Shown: positions 63,772 through 64,000 of the stretch, in pieces
How the letters are laid out: every line of letters begins with the position of its first letter
How positions within the stretch are numbered: the first letter of the stretch is position 1
DNA from: Octopus bimaculoides
Taxonomy: Eukaryota
Direction: 5' to 3'
Length of the DNA: 64,000 nt
NCBI RefSeq assembly: GCF_001194135.2
Contig: NC_068983.1
Coordinates: 66,557-130,556, forward strand
The notes under the pieces: model-generated
Seen by the model: only the letters and a program-made list of their open reading frames with translations
The model's database searches: none
Told to the model about the DNA's origin: nothing
Position numbers and translations under genes: made by a program

Positions 63772-64000
63772 TCATCATCATCATCATCGTTTAACGTCCG
63801 ATTTCCATGCTAGCATGGGTTGGACGATCTGACTGAGGACTGGTGAAACCGGATGGCAACACCAGGCTCCAATCTAATTTGGCAAAGTTTTTACAGCTGG
63901 ATGCCCTTCCTAACGCCAACCACTCAGAGAGTGTAGTGGGTGCTTTTACGTGTCACCCACACGAAAACGGCCACGCTCGAAATGGTGTCTTTTATGTGCC
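63772..64000 (-). mobile_element. young RTE 3' end with (CAT)n tail, runs off the window
   Basis: catcatcatcgtttaacgtccgatttccatgctagcatggg...; same 3' UTR subtype as 53365-53440. Confidence 0.88.

Noticed and set aside
1-64000. CRISPR array, tRNA or rRNA genes, prokaryotic operons
   Set aside because: The recurring short repeats are dispersed LINE/SINE ends without regular spacers, the tRNA-like boxes are SINE heads lacking a full cloverleaf, and the sequence is eukaryotic.

Overview
AT-rich animal genomic DNA, most likely an octopus (inferred from the RTE/SINE repeat content and microsatellite density, not from a search). About 5.8 kb is assembly gaps (N runs), and ORF-track entries that run through X are artefacts. 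Most of the window is decayed mobile DNA: many RTE LINE copies, R4/Dong-like non-LTR fragments, CR1/L2-type fragments, tRNA-derived SINEs, maT (DD37D) and mariner (DD34D) remnants, piggyBac-type MITEs and two probable solo LTRs. There is also one complete LTR retrotransposon (16894-21568, minus strand) with a CACAT target-site duplication, an atypical RNase H and a GGGAAAC + pseudoknot -1 frameshift signal. Among the repeats are four phase-compatible + strand exons (36522-36609, 45034-45189, 59606-59748, 60872-60943) that join into a ~152-aa protein. Its second exon has retroviral/retrotransposon Gag major-homology-region spacing, so it may be a domesticated, intron-containing capsid-derived gene. 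This is the most interesting lead, but it rests on by-eye alignment only. CpG is visibly depleted from about 26 kb onward, consistent with gene-body methylation. No rRNA, tRNA gene, CRISPR array or prokaryotic system is present.
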